A DNA stretch of 63,833 nucleotides, counting the filler, from Trichomonas gallinae (lineage: Eukaryota), in NCBI GenBank assembly GCA_008369845.1. It is 7 parts of 7 records of this genome, joined end to end, with 100 filler letters (N's around TTAATTAATTAA, not from the genome) between each part and the next. Parts side by side here need not be neighbours in the genome. Positions count along the whole stretch, not along the records: positions 5,368 to 12,419 come from MRSU01000705.1; positions 12,520 to 23,239 come from MRSU01000706.1; 5 more parts are not named here. One strand, 5' to 3'. Below, one piece after another: positions 10,283 through 21,500 of this stretch (the stretch's first letter is position 1; every line of letters begins with the position of its first letter). The position numbers were made by a program, and so were the translations under genes. The notes below the pieces were generated by a model, which was not told the DNA's origin, did not search any database, and saw nothing but the letters and a program-made list of their open reading frames with translations.

Positions 10283-10992
10283 AATGCCGGCCTTTTTACA
10301 AGTATATATTTTTATTCTAGCACCTTCAATTCAAAATTGAATGTTCAAGAATATATATTTGTATAAAACAGAGTACTTTAATAACGAATTGTAAAAAAAG
10401 TTGATTACCCAATATGCATGCATATAAAATAAGCATCCATATTTATAAAAATATCTAATAATTAAAAAAATGCAAGGTTGATTCAGCTTTAAATAATTTA
10501 TCACTGCATCAACTTTGTGAGGAAATTAATCACATCTAAGATTATTCAAAATAGTCCAAATACAACTATCTGAGCACTGATTCTTAGTTGGACCACATAA
10601 TTCAAAACATGAATACGATAAATTCATGTCACTATTCAAAAGATGAATTGTATTACCATATATGTTTTCTGACTGTGTCGGGAAGTTAATTGTACAATTT
10701 TAGAAGGCATTATTCATCATTGAGGTACTGGAAATGGACATATATATCGCACCTCCTTACAACAGCGAATTAATATCTTTGTATTTGCCACGTTTATTAC
10801 GGATCCTTTATTATTGGAAACAAAGTTTTCGAATACCACATTAGATATATTTGTTAGCAAAATAATTCCTCTGCTTCATGTGTTATACCCTTCATAAAAA
10901 CTAACTTTATATAATTTTAAGGATCTTATACATTTCTAAAGCAAAAACTAATGCAGTTTTCTCACTTTTTTAAATCATCGAAATTTTAGAAA

Positions 10993-10996
<4 letters not shown>

Positions 10997-11029
<33 letters not shown>
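10997..11029. repeat. (TA)16 microsatellite
   Basis: Perfect TA run between convergent BspA-like genes. Confidence 0.95.
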
Positions 11030-11034
<5 letters not shown>

Positions 11035-11090
11035 AATGATATTCAACTCACTACAGTTTAAATCCATTTTACTTGCATTTAAATTCTTAA

Positions 11091-12122
11091 TTAAATCAAT
11101 ATAAAGACGTAAAAGAGCATATTCATTGAAAGCATTGATCTAGATTGAAAAATAGAAGGACAAATCGTGAGAATTACACCTCCATACTCATTTGCATCAA
11201 AAGAAACAGAAATGGAACCAAATAAATTAGACTGATAAAATCGAGTTACTCTAACCGTTTTCAATTTAGGACATAATCGAAAAATATTATTTCTTTCAAA
11301 TAGTTTTGTGCCAAAATAAGTTATTTGAATTAAATTTGGTAACGAATTGAATGCTTCATTCGATATGGAATCAACCTTTTGTGGAATAACCAAATTCTGC
11401 AATCTATTGCAGTGGAGAAAAGAGGCCCCTAATATAGTCGTCAAATTATATGGAAGGCGAATTTCTTGAACTTTTGCAACACTATCAAAGCAATACATCG
11501 GAATTATCTGAATTTTAGTTGATGATAAATCAACAAATCGCAACTCATTATTTTGATGGAAGGTGTGGTTTGATAAATTCTCAAGATTTTCCCAAGCAAC
11601 AAAAGAGTGAATTCCCAAACCGCTGCAAAAAGTCATGTCGACTGATTTTATATTATCTTTTTCTGGTATGTCATTATAATCAAAATCACAAGGAGTGCGC
11701 ATAAGCATATCTTTATTTTTATTAAAAAGATAATTATTTACAGAACAATAAAATTTATTTTCAGGATCAACTTCAATTGTTTTTAAATCTTGACAACGAT
11801 TAAAGGTATTGCCAGAAAGACGACGAATATTTGGACCAATATAGACTGAAGTTAGTCCAGATTGTCCAAAAACATTGTTTGCCAATTCGATTAAACTAGA
11901 CGGAAAAATAATTCTTTTTAAGTTGAACGCATCAATAAAGGCGCCGTAATTTATTTTGGTAATATTTGATGTACTCAAATCTACTGCAGAACATTTGCAT
12001 GTATAACAAGCATTTTGAAGAATTTCCGAATATTGTTTATTTGTAATAATAATTTCTCCAGCAAATGATACATCAAACAAAGCAATATTGTTTCCTTCAA
12101 CTTTAACAATATGCTCACTCAA
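11091..12122 (-). CDS. BspA-like LRR protein; 5' end lacks an in-frame ATG (possible pseudogene)
   Basis: DLSTSNITKI, IEVDPENKFYCSVNNYLFNKNKD and LQNLVIPQKVDSISNEAF repeats; hydrophobic C-terminal tail; TTG start only. Confidence 0.8.
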   Translation of the reverse strand: MSEHIVKVEGNNIALFDVSFAGEIIITNKQYSEILQNACYTCKCSAVDLSTSNITKINYGAFIDAFNLKRIIFPSSLIELANNVFGQSGLTSVYIGPNIRRLSGNTFNRCQDLKTIEVDPENKFYCSVNNYLFNKNKDMLMRTPCDFDYNDIPEKDNIKSVDMTFCSGLGIHSFVAWENLENLSNHTFHQNNELRFVDLSSTKIQIIPMYCFDSVAKVQEIRLPYNLTTILGASFLHCNRLQNLVIPQKVDSISNEAFNSLPNLIQITYFGTKLFERNNIFRLCPKLKTVRVTRFYQSNLFGSISVSFDANEYGGVILTICPSIFQSRSMLSMNMLFYVFILI

Positions 12123-12419
12123 TATTTTTCCCTTCTCATTAAATTAAATGCTAATATAAAAATGACTCTTACATAAGGTTCCTAAAATCAAAGAAATTTT
12201 AAAAACCACGAAATTTTGAGTTCATTATGAGCATCTCTATTACATATTCCAATAAAATTATTAAATTGATTAGGGTTGTGCGAATTCTCACTTTTTAGCA
12301 TCGAACGAAATAACTATCATTATAAAGAAATTCTTATTCTATTGCATTCATGATGGCTACTATGTACGCTATTATAATATAACATTGTTCAAAAATGAAT
12401 TATGATTTCAACATCGCGT

Positions 12420-12519
12420 NNNNNNNNNNNNNNNNNNNNNNNNNNNNNNNNNNNNNNNNNNNNTTAATTAATTAANNNNNNNNNNNNNNNNNNNNNNNNN
12501 NNNNNNNNNNNNNNNNNNN
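12420..12519. other. Artificial contig linker
   Basis: 44N-TTAATTAATTAA-44N. Confidence 0.98.
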
Positions 12520-12599
12520 TACTATGGCCGAGTGGTCCAAGGCGGTGGATTTAAGCCCCACTATCGAGAGATGCCTGGGTTCGAACCCCAGTGGTACCA
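12520..12599 (+). tRNA. tRNA-Leu(TAA), first 2 nt lost in gap
   Basis: D arm TGGCCGAGTGG, anticodon TAA at 12552-12554, long variable arm, T arm CTGGG-TTCGAAC-CCCAG, acceptor 3' strand TGGTACC-A, then a T6 Pol III terminator. Confidence 0.93.
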
Positions 12600-13710
12600 T
12601 TTTTTCTAAAATTTGTTGTTTTGTCACTTTTAGAAAAACAACTTCATGCAGAACTCAACCTCTTTGGCTGTTTAAACAAAGGTTTCGTCTTCAAGGTCAT
12701 GCATATACACACTATTATTCCCCTATATATCGATTTGAATTAAAATAGCTGTAACAAATTTTATTCAAATTCTATTATGGTACAAATTCATGAATCCTTG
12801 CAGTGAACATAGCATTACTCCCTCTTATATATGATAAATATCACGAGTAGGGAAAACTTCGTCATTTTCGTAACATAACGTATATAAAAATGCAAAATTT
12901 GAAAATCGAATGTGCCTATGCTTAATTTTATATTAGCTTGAGTTTATTTTGAATTACTATATTCAATGAGTTCACACAAAAAATTTATAAACCGAAACCT
13001 ATTACTTTCATATTGATCGAAGATATGACAGTAGTTGTCAACAAACTCCAAATATTGGAAAATAGCAAATTTGATTTACAATTTCGATAATGATTTATTG
13101 TTTTATTTCGATACACCATGATAAATATATTTTCCGTTATATAGATTACCTCACTTTTCATAATTTTTATGTTAGGATAAAAATAATTTTCAGTTCATAA
13201 ATACTCAGTTATAATAAACCACTTTTGAGAACCTCATGATAATCCAAATTTTGTGAGCCATATGATCGCATCATTTCAATTTTCTCAATTTTTACGATAA
13301 TCATTTTTATTATATTTTCATTTTAGACATTATATAAAATAAAATATTTGCATAGGTCTTTTTTTCATCTCAATTTAATCAATTTTAAAGAATTTCATTT
13401 TTATTATATTATTCCATAAAGCTATCACAGTAAATAAAAATTTCTACATACACCTTTTTACCTCTCAATTTTCTGCATTTTGCATTCAAACTCAATTTTT
13501 TATGCAAAGGTTTAATCTATTGACCTTATCTATGTTTTTAATTGTTATTTTTGTACTTATATATTATTTTATTAAAATATCAAATTATAGGTGTAAAATT
13601 ATTGTTTGATGTGTATAGTGCTTGTATTTGAAATTTAAACGTGAAAAATTATTGCGATTATATTTGAATAGAAAATGATCGTCATACAAAAACCACATAA
13701 TTTTTTTAGA

Positions 13711-14520
13711 ATGAATACTACTAACAGAGCGTGGGAAATTTTCAGTCATCACCATGATTTGGTGATGTTCTTCATTGACCTGTCGTGTACAGTGTTCCCC
13801 ACGTTTGGATATCTAGATCAACTCGGAAGAATTATTAAAACGAAATCATCTGAGAATTTCAAGATAGATTCTAGCATTGTGCTCTTACTGTCGAATTATT
13901 TACGCATCATTTATTGGTATTGGAAACAATTTGATTCTTATCTATTGTGGCAGTCAATATGGATGATTGGTGTTCAATTGACACTTGCCTTTGTATACTA
14001 CTATTATAAGCCTGATATTCTTGGCTCACAAAATGATCAAGAAGAGTCAAGCGACACAGGAAAAATTGAATCTATTTTTCCAAAGAATTTCTTGCAATTC
14101 ATGGCATGCGTTATTGTTTTTGCACTGGTTCTAATTACAACGGCGATTGGATTACATTCTGTTTTCGATGCAAACGTTATAATCGAAGGAGTTGGAGTAT
14201 TATCCAATCTAATAGATTGCGTTGTTACTCTCCCGCAGTTTATACTCGTTGTCATTAAGCGCGAAATCAAATACATCACAGTTCCACTTTTACTTCAGTG
14301 GATTCTCGCTCTTGGATGCAAGTTAACGCTTTATATTATGCGCCCAGTTCCACTACCATTCATGCTTGGCCTTTCTGTCCAGGCATTTTTGACTTTCTTC
14401 ATAGTTTTTTCGTATCTTTTCATCAGAATTTCCAAAATTGGTTCGAAAGAGTCCGATGTGTCAGTTAGCTACGATGCAGAATTCGAAGAGGTTGAAACTG
14501 ACAAATCTATCGAAGCTTGA
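13711..14520 (+). CDS. PQ-loop membrane protein (SLC66A2/PQLC1/Any1-like)
   Basis: GYLDQL...KSSENF, LLSNYLRIIYW, LLWQSI and second repeat LPQF. Alternative ATG at 13675. Confidence 0.8.
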   Translation: MNTTNRAWEIFSHHHDLVMFFIDLSCTVFPTFGYLDQLGRIIKTKSSENFKIDSSIVLLLSNYLRIIYWYWKQFDSYLLWQSIWMIGVQLTLAFVYYYYKPDILGSQNDQEESSDTGKIESIFPKNFLQFMACVIVFALVLITTAIGLHSVFDANVIIEGVGVLSNLIDCVVTLPQFILVVIKREIKYITVPLLLQWILALGCKLTLYIMRPVPLPFMLGLSVQAFLTFFIVFSYLFIRISKIGSKESDVSVSYDAEFEEVETDKSIEA

Positions 14521-15230
14521 GCTTCTATATTATATTATTTTTTTGTTATTTATAGAGTTTAAATACTATATGTATTGATTTAGCTGTATATTCATGTGTA
14601 CACGAATCTCACGCAATCGGGACATTAGACAGTTACGAAATAAAATGATCGCAATTTTAAAGTTTGTAGAAAAAGCTCAAACATTGATAAAGCGATTCAT
14701 GATCTATTATAGTTATCATTTCCAAGTGCTTTCGTCCATTTCTAGTAATTTTTTATCGAAACCACAATCGGAAACTATTATTTATACATATTCGATGTTT
14801 TGATGCTACAAATAGATGAGATATCGAATAATATAGTTATATTTCATGTTATTTCGTTTTCATAAGCCATTTTGGCACCAAATCGTGAAAATATGTGAAA
14901 AAATCGATTAATGATCAATATTTTTACAAAAAATCGTACAGATAATCGAGAAGACTGTAATCAATAAAAATGTCACGATAAAAATCCATTTTATGACAGT
15001 GGTAAGGAAATGGTATCGGGAATCGATTCATACCTCGTAATTATGGAATATTTAATGTGTACACTACATCTATTTTACATTTGAACTACTGACTCCTGTC
15101 TCTCCTTATTTCAATTTTATGCATCCATATTTGTCATGTAAAGTATTTTACATAACATATTTTTTCAATTTCACGTTATTCCCCATTCGGTTATTTTTAG
15201 ATTTTGTTGGGAAATATGACAAAATTTCCT

Positions 15231-15305
15231 AATTTCATCTATTTCAGGGACTGCCAGAAGGAGTTTAGCAACTTCATGAAGACCTTCTGTTGATGCATGA
15301 ATGAA
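15231..15305 (-). pseudogene. Isolated ankyrin-repeat relic
   Basis: Minus strand reads FIHASTEGLHEVAKLLLAVPEIDEI. Confidence 0.6.
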
Positions 15306-15561
15306 GTTTTAAATAACATTGATATGATAAATATATTAAAATCAAAATCAATCGGAAACTTAACTTCGCAGAATTCCATTTTACAGCAAAATTCAGTGCA
15401 GAAAAAATCGTTTTTCTTTGTGAATTGATTGAGTATAGCCGAGAAATGTTAGCTTGAATTGTTTGTTATCATGGAAAAATATTAGAGGAGAGAAGAAATT
15501 TTTAAATATTGTTTGCTGATTATTAAATAAATTCGCTTTTTATTAAAAATAAAAACAATTA

Positions 15562-18500
15562 TCATTCTTCTTTCTTTGTGAATATTGAGCAGAAGTACTC
15601 AAGTGCTTGCTTGAGGATTGTGTAGTCTTCTGATTTTCCTTCTATAGCTTTCAGCGCTGCCTTAGGTGCAGCAGGCGAAATTGATGGAATCTTTGGATCA
15701 TTAATCTTCAATGCTGTGTATGCCTCATTGATGAATGTTTTAGCAGAAACAATTTGCCTGATTTTGAGTGACATGTTCGTGAAATCTCCGGCGCCAATAT
15801 CTTCTACGACAGGCATCATCAACTTCAGACATGATGCAATCCAGTTCGATGCATCTCCAATTCGTCCACAAATCTCAGCAGATGCTAAAGCAGCGCGTGA
15901 AATAACACCATGGAATGCAAGAGAATCCTGTGTCGAGATCAAGTAAGAATTGAAGAAATTAGTAGCAGCAAGAGCCAATTCTTTGTTGTCTTTGCCGAGT
16001 CTTGTCAAAAGCTGATCAACGAGCTTCGCGTAATGACCAACAACTGTGACATTGAGAGTGAGCTTAGACATCTCTGCGAAATCTTTTGCAACCATTTGTG
16101 CTGATTCTTTGACCTTTTCTAATGCGAGCAGAAGATAAAGATTTCCTCTGAACTCAGCAAACAAGGCCAATGAATCTCTTGGTAATTTCGAGAAAGCTGT
16201 GCAATCGAATAATGAAGCAGCTGCTCTATACAAGGCCTTATGGTTAAGGAAGATGCTCGAGTAAAGATCAATGACAGTGTCAGCGAATTTCTGTGTAGCT
16301 GTTGATCCCTGAATTTCATTTGACAAGAAGAAGAATGTATCCTTCATAGATATATAATAGTTGCTGAGTTTATCTTCTGGATCACTCAGTAATGTTTTCG
16401 CTGGCTTGAATGATGAGAAGGCTCTGTTAAATGCAACCAACAACTCAACTACAGGGAAGAAAGTCGTCGGTGGTTTGTGCGACTTCTTCATTTCTGATAC
16501 AATCCAATCTAACTCGCTGAAAACAGTTTCATAATGTTTCTCTCTGAAGAAGACGTCAACTGGTGCTGGACCTTTGATGAATAACATCTTAGCGAGAACG
16601 AAGTATCTGACTGTCTTCTCTTTGAAGTGGTATTTGAACAAATAAGGAGCGAAGAAAATTTTAGCTAAAGGTTCAATAGCTTTTTCTTCTTTCATAATTT
16701 CTTCGAACAACGTTTGAACATTTGCATCGGCCCCGTATTTAGTGCCTAAACATATTGATAGGCTTTCAAGGAATATCTTGGATCTGACTATGATAGAATA
16801 GTTAGCTGTTGCTATTGGAATCAATGCGGGGAAGAAATCTTTCGTCATCTGTGAGACATAATCAATTCCTGGTTCAGGGATTTTGTCGATTGTTGTGATT
16901 AACTTCTCCAAGAACTTTGGAGTGAAGAAATCTGAATTACCTTTCGATGCTATTGTTATAAACCTCAAAACATCGAATATTGACATCTTAACTGGATCTC
17001 CATACTTCATCAAGACTTTTGCACTGTTCAAGAACAAATCTCTGTGTTCGTTGACTTTTTCGAACAAGTTTCCACTGAAAACCGTCCATGAAAGTAAATC
17101 GTAGAACTCTTGAGATTGAACAGCTGTGCCGTGCGTGAGATCTGAGTTCTTTGATGCAGCTTTGTAGAAAGAATCCATCGGCGGAACACTATTGATCATA
17201 AATTCGAGAAATTCATTCAAGAACTTTTGCTCTTTCTCATCAGGCTCGCTTTTAACATTTTCCGGCGGATATAAAATGGAAGAGTTTTGTTCGCGCGATT
17301 TCCATATTGGCGGATTTACGAATAAGTTCTTTAACAAGCATGAAACAGTTGATCTAAGCCTTGGATCTTGGCTCTTCAAGTTCTCATCGAGCCATTTTTC
17401 TCTGCATGACATTAAAGATTGCATGGCAACTCCTCTGTTTGCTGCAATCCTGTTATTTATCAATCTAAACAGTTGTGTGAGCATTGTTTCATCATAATCT
17501 TTCTTTCCTAGCAATCCGAAGAAGAAGTTGACTCTTTCCATTGTCAAAGAATCTTCGAAAGATAAAGCGTTAGCTATGTGACTCGCGAGAGAAATTGTTG
17601 AGATTCTTTCTTTCGATTTTGTGACAATGTCGAAGTATTTCTGCGTCTGCTCTTTATTGTCTTTCATCAAAACGCAAATTAGCGAAGCGAAATCAAAGAC
17701 AGAGTTTGGAGAAGAGAACCAAGTGTTCATGAATTTCTCGTTCGAAATTATTGCGTCTTCGAATTTCTTCTGCAGGTTTCCGCTGACAATGCAATGCTTG
17801 AGGATTCTAAAAACAGTAGAAACATTGATTTCATTGAGAACATTATCCAAATTACTACTGAAAGCTTCCAAGAATTGCTTATCCAACAACTTCAATAGTT
17901 TCTCTGATAATCCCATGAAATCTGCGCCTCCAACATTATATGCGTAACTCAACAAAGGATAAAAGAGCTGGTCAAAGTTTCGCCAGAAGTCTAAAACCTT
18001 TACGAACTTAGAGTAAATGTTGTCTATTATTGGTTGTGATTCCATTTTGAGGCTGTTGACTGTTGCACTTATAACGTTTGCCCAGGTGTTTCTAGTATTG
18101 TAGTTTGTTGATTCTAAAATAACAGTTAAATGAATGTCCAAAGCTCTCTTCATGCAATATCTTGCGAATTCTTGGCTAGAATTTACTCTCTGGCAAACAC
18201 TGTGAGTCAATGCATTGATATATCTTTCTCCTGACATTGAATAACAAGCTTTGTCTAAGAAAAGATGCTGCATTTTATCAGCCTCCAAATTGTTGAATGA
18301 AATAAGTCCGTGAACAAAGTTCATGAAGTTGTCTGAGAACAAAACAGTTCTATAAATTGCCATCATGTTTTCTTGTATGAATGTGTCAAGCATAACTGCT
18401 GGCATCAAACTTAATGGCTCGATTTCTTCTTTGCTGTCGTCGCTGTGTCCAGAAAGTTTGTAGACGAGCATGTAAGCAGAATTCATCTTTTCTGTCGGCT

Positions 18501-21500
18501 TCTGGCCTTTACCTTGTTGTTTGTTGACACCTCCGAATGAAGATGACATCGCGTAGTCTTCTTGAATGTCATATATAGTCGAGTCATTGCATTCTATCCA
18601 TGTGTTGTCTGGATTTCTTATATATGAGTAATAATGTCCGCCGTTTGCTGATCCAGAGTGAATAATTATGCCTCTCAGCTCATATACTGCGTTTTGGTTG
18701 GTTAAGTCTTTAGAAAGCAGTGGTGATATATCCATAGTGAGTGGGAATTTGTACTCGGTATAGATCTTCTTCTTCGTCAAAGTCGAAAAATCGAACTCGA
18801 ATCTCTTGAGTTGTATGATCAAAGTGTTTGGAGGCTTAGAAATAGAATGATATCTTTCTGCATCAATCATTCCGATGTCTTCTGTTCTGTAGCCGTTTTC
18901 ACCAGTGAATTCATCAGGCTTCTGCAGGATCTTGAATGAGTCTTCGTAATTGTTTTGTCCTAAAACTTCGAAAGTCAATGTTGTGAACTTTTCATATGTT
19001 GTTCCTTTCCACGGTTTATCTGGCATCGTTGACACTGTGTCGTGCTGCAGTTCACCAGTCGTTTCAGCGGCAACAGGCTTCGATTGCAAAACTTCGTCAA
19101 TGTTGTCGAATAAAGACACAATGAATTCCTGTGCATCCATTTGTTCTAAAGGATTGATTGCCTTCTTCATTATCTTGAATGTCTTCACGAAATTAACTGC
19201 GTCAACTGCTGACATCGGGAAATACAAAAGCTTGGCAAATAGTAATTGTAACTGTGCCGTCCAGTCTTCAGTAATATTTCCACTTGGTTCGTATTTCAAT
19301 AATTCATCCCTTATATGTCTTAACCTGAAAATTTGCTGAAGAGAGGAGTTGAGATAGCACGTGCATCCCATGTTATTCAAGCCTCTGACTGTTGGATTTA
19401 ATGATAGTTGGGACAAATATTTAGGACCTTCTTTAGTAGTGTCATACATTTCAATTGCTTTGATAATTATTTTAACAGTTTTGTCAATCATTGATTTGTC
19501 TTTCTTCAATAACAAAATTATCAAGTCGAATAAGTAATTTGGAGCTGCTACGAATCTATATGGATTCAAGGCAATCCTTGTCAATGAGAAATCGATTAAT
19601 GTCTTTGATTTAGGAATCTTCTGGTTATTGTCGAATCTTCCCGCGAGTTTAAGCAAGCATGAATAAATGCCAGCGATAAATGATGCGTCAGCAACCTTGG
19701 ATACTGTGTATTTGGCTCCTTCTTCTAATTCTTCTGTCGAGAATTTTCTTCTCTTTAGATTTCTTAGTTCTAATATTTTTTCGTCGTCACCTTTGTATTC
19801 TTTTGATGGGTCTTCGTTATGGTCTGTTTCTTTTAGATGTGACAAATCTAATTTCTTCGAAGATTGTATGAAAACACCGTTTAATAGTGTATCTACTAAT
19901 GTCTTCCAAAGAGTTTCGATGTTTTTAGTTTCTGATGTAACTTTTTCAAGAACTGAGTAATAATTTGCACAGTTTCCGTTCTTAGATAAATTAATGTTTG
20001 AAATCAAAATATTTTCGACTTTTTCTGTTGGAAAGTCCATCAAAATCGCTGAGAATCCTTTAGATATATTTTCATCACTATTGAAAGCCAATTTGCTGAA
20101 TAGTTCAGGCAGCCTTGAATCTCCAAGCAAATCGTTAGGCTCCAGTTGAACTATGTCTCTTATTACAGCCAACATCCCTGGCACTGTGACACTTTTGTGT
20201 TCGATTAATTCTAAAATCCACGGAATCATGTTCGCTGTAATTTGAGGTACGCCGACATCTTTGTAGACTTTGTTCTTTAGCACCATGGCATCTTCGACAG
20301 TATAACATCTGACAATTAACTGTGTGACAATTGTCAAAAACAATTTCAAAAATCTGTCTTCCTTGAATAAGTTTCTTCCGCCGCATTGTAGTATTTCCAT
20401 GAACTGCCTGAATCCGCCAGTGCTAAAGACTTTAAGAATGAAAGCTTTAGAGTTCTCAGTTAAAATATTTCCGAATGTGTTCAGTCTGTAAAACAATCTA
20501 TAAGGCTTTTCCATAGATAACAAATTGTTCCACTTGACTTTATCACTTCTCAATAAATTGATTTCTTCTGGATCTGTCTCCAAGAAATTCAGCAAATTAA
20601 GAGCAGCAACAGCAAGTTCAGGATCATTTGAATCCAATATCTTGAACAAGTCCTTCATGTTCTTTGGCGTTTTAATGACTTGTGACGGTAATTCTTCTTT
20701 CTTGTATTGCTTTGAGTTTTCGTCTTTTTTAGTTTGTGATGAACTGACGAAATACATGTTCCTTCTTATTCCAAGAGCTTCTCTGTCTATGCTGTCTTCG
20801 AATTTAGAGATCAATAAGCATAAAGCGTGCATTGTAGACTTCGTGAAACCTTTGCTGAGACAGTTATTAACGAATGTTGAAACTGTATCACTCTTCGAGC
20901 ATCTTATTACTAGATCAACAACATATTCGGCGACAACACTCGATGTTGACTTGAAGAAGAACTCCCAGAGCTCGTTCATTCCGACAAGATCAAGAGAAGA
21001 TATTGTTTCGCCTTGTTCAATGCCGTTTTCGATCTCGAAAACAAATGTTATGACAGCAAAAGCATTATCTTCTGCTTTAGGAAGTCCTGAGAGCCATCCA
21101 ATGACACCACCGACTGAGTTCTTCGGGATTATCTTGGATTTTTGGAGTGGAACGATTGTCTTGAAGAATCTCTTAAAATCATCGTAATTATTATCATAAA
21201 TGGGTGTTAATTGTCTTTCTATTTCGGAAATTTCTTTGTCATTGAATGGATCGTTTAATGCCGATGCTATTTTAACAAGAGCAGAGAGGAAGGGAGTTGA
21301 TTTCGCTGGATCAATTTGAGTTTTCTCGAGAATGACATCGAAATCGCGTCTAATGTTATCACTAGCCTTAGGTGTCCATATTTTCTGCAATAAAAGTAAG
21401 CTAAATTCAACATCTTTTGATTCTGAAATTGATTTGAAGCAATTTTCCATCATCTTCTTAACAGGCGCATTAGATCCTTGTACATATGCAGTTAGTGCGC

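Noticed and set aside
12524..12748. 74-aa ORF MAEWSKAVDL
   Set aside because: It is a translation of the tRNA-Leu gene.
14970..15085. YLVIMEYL resembling kinase subdomain V
   Set aside because: A single short motif with no other kinase subdomains.
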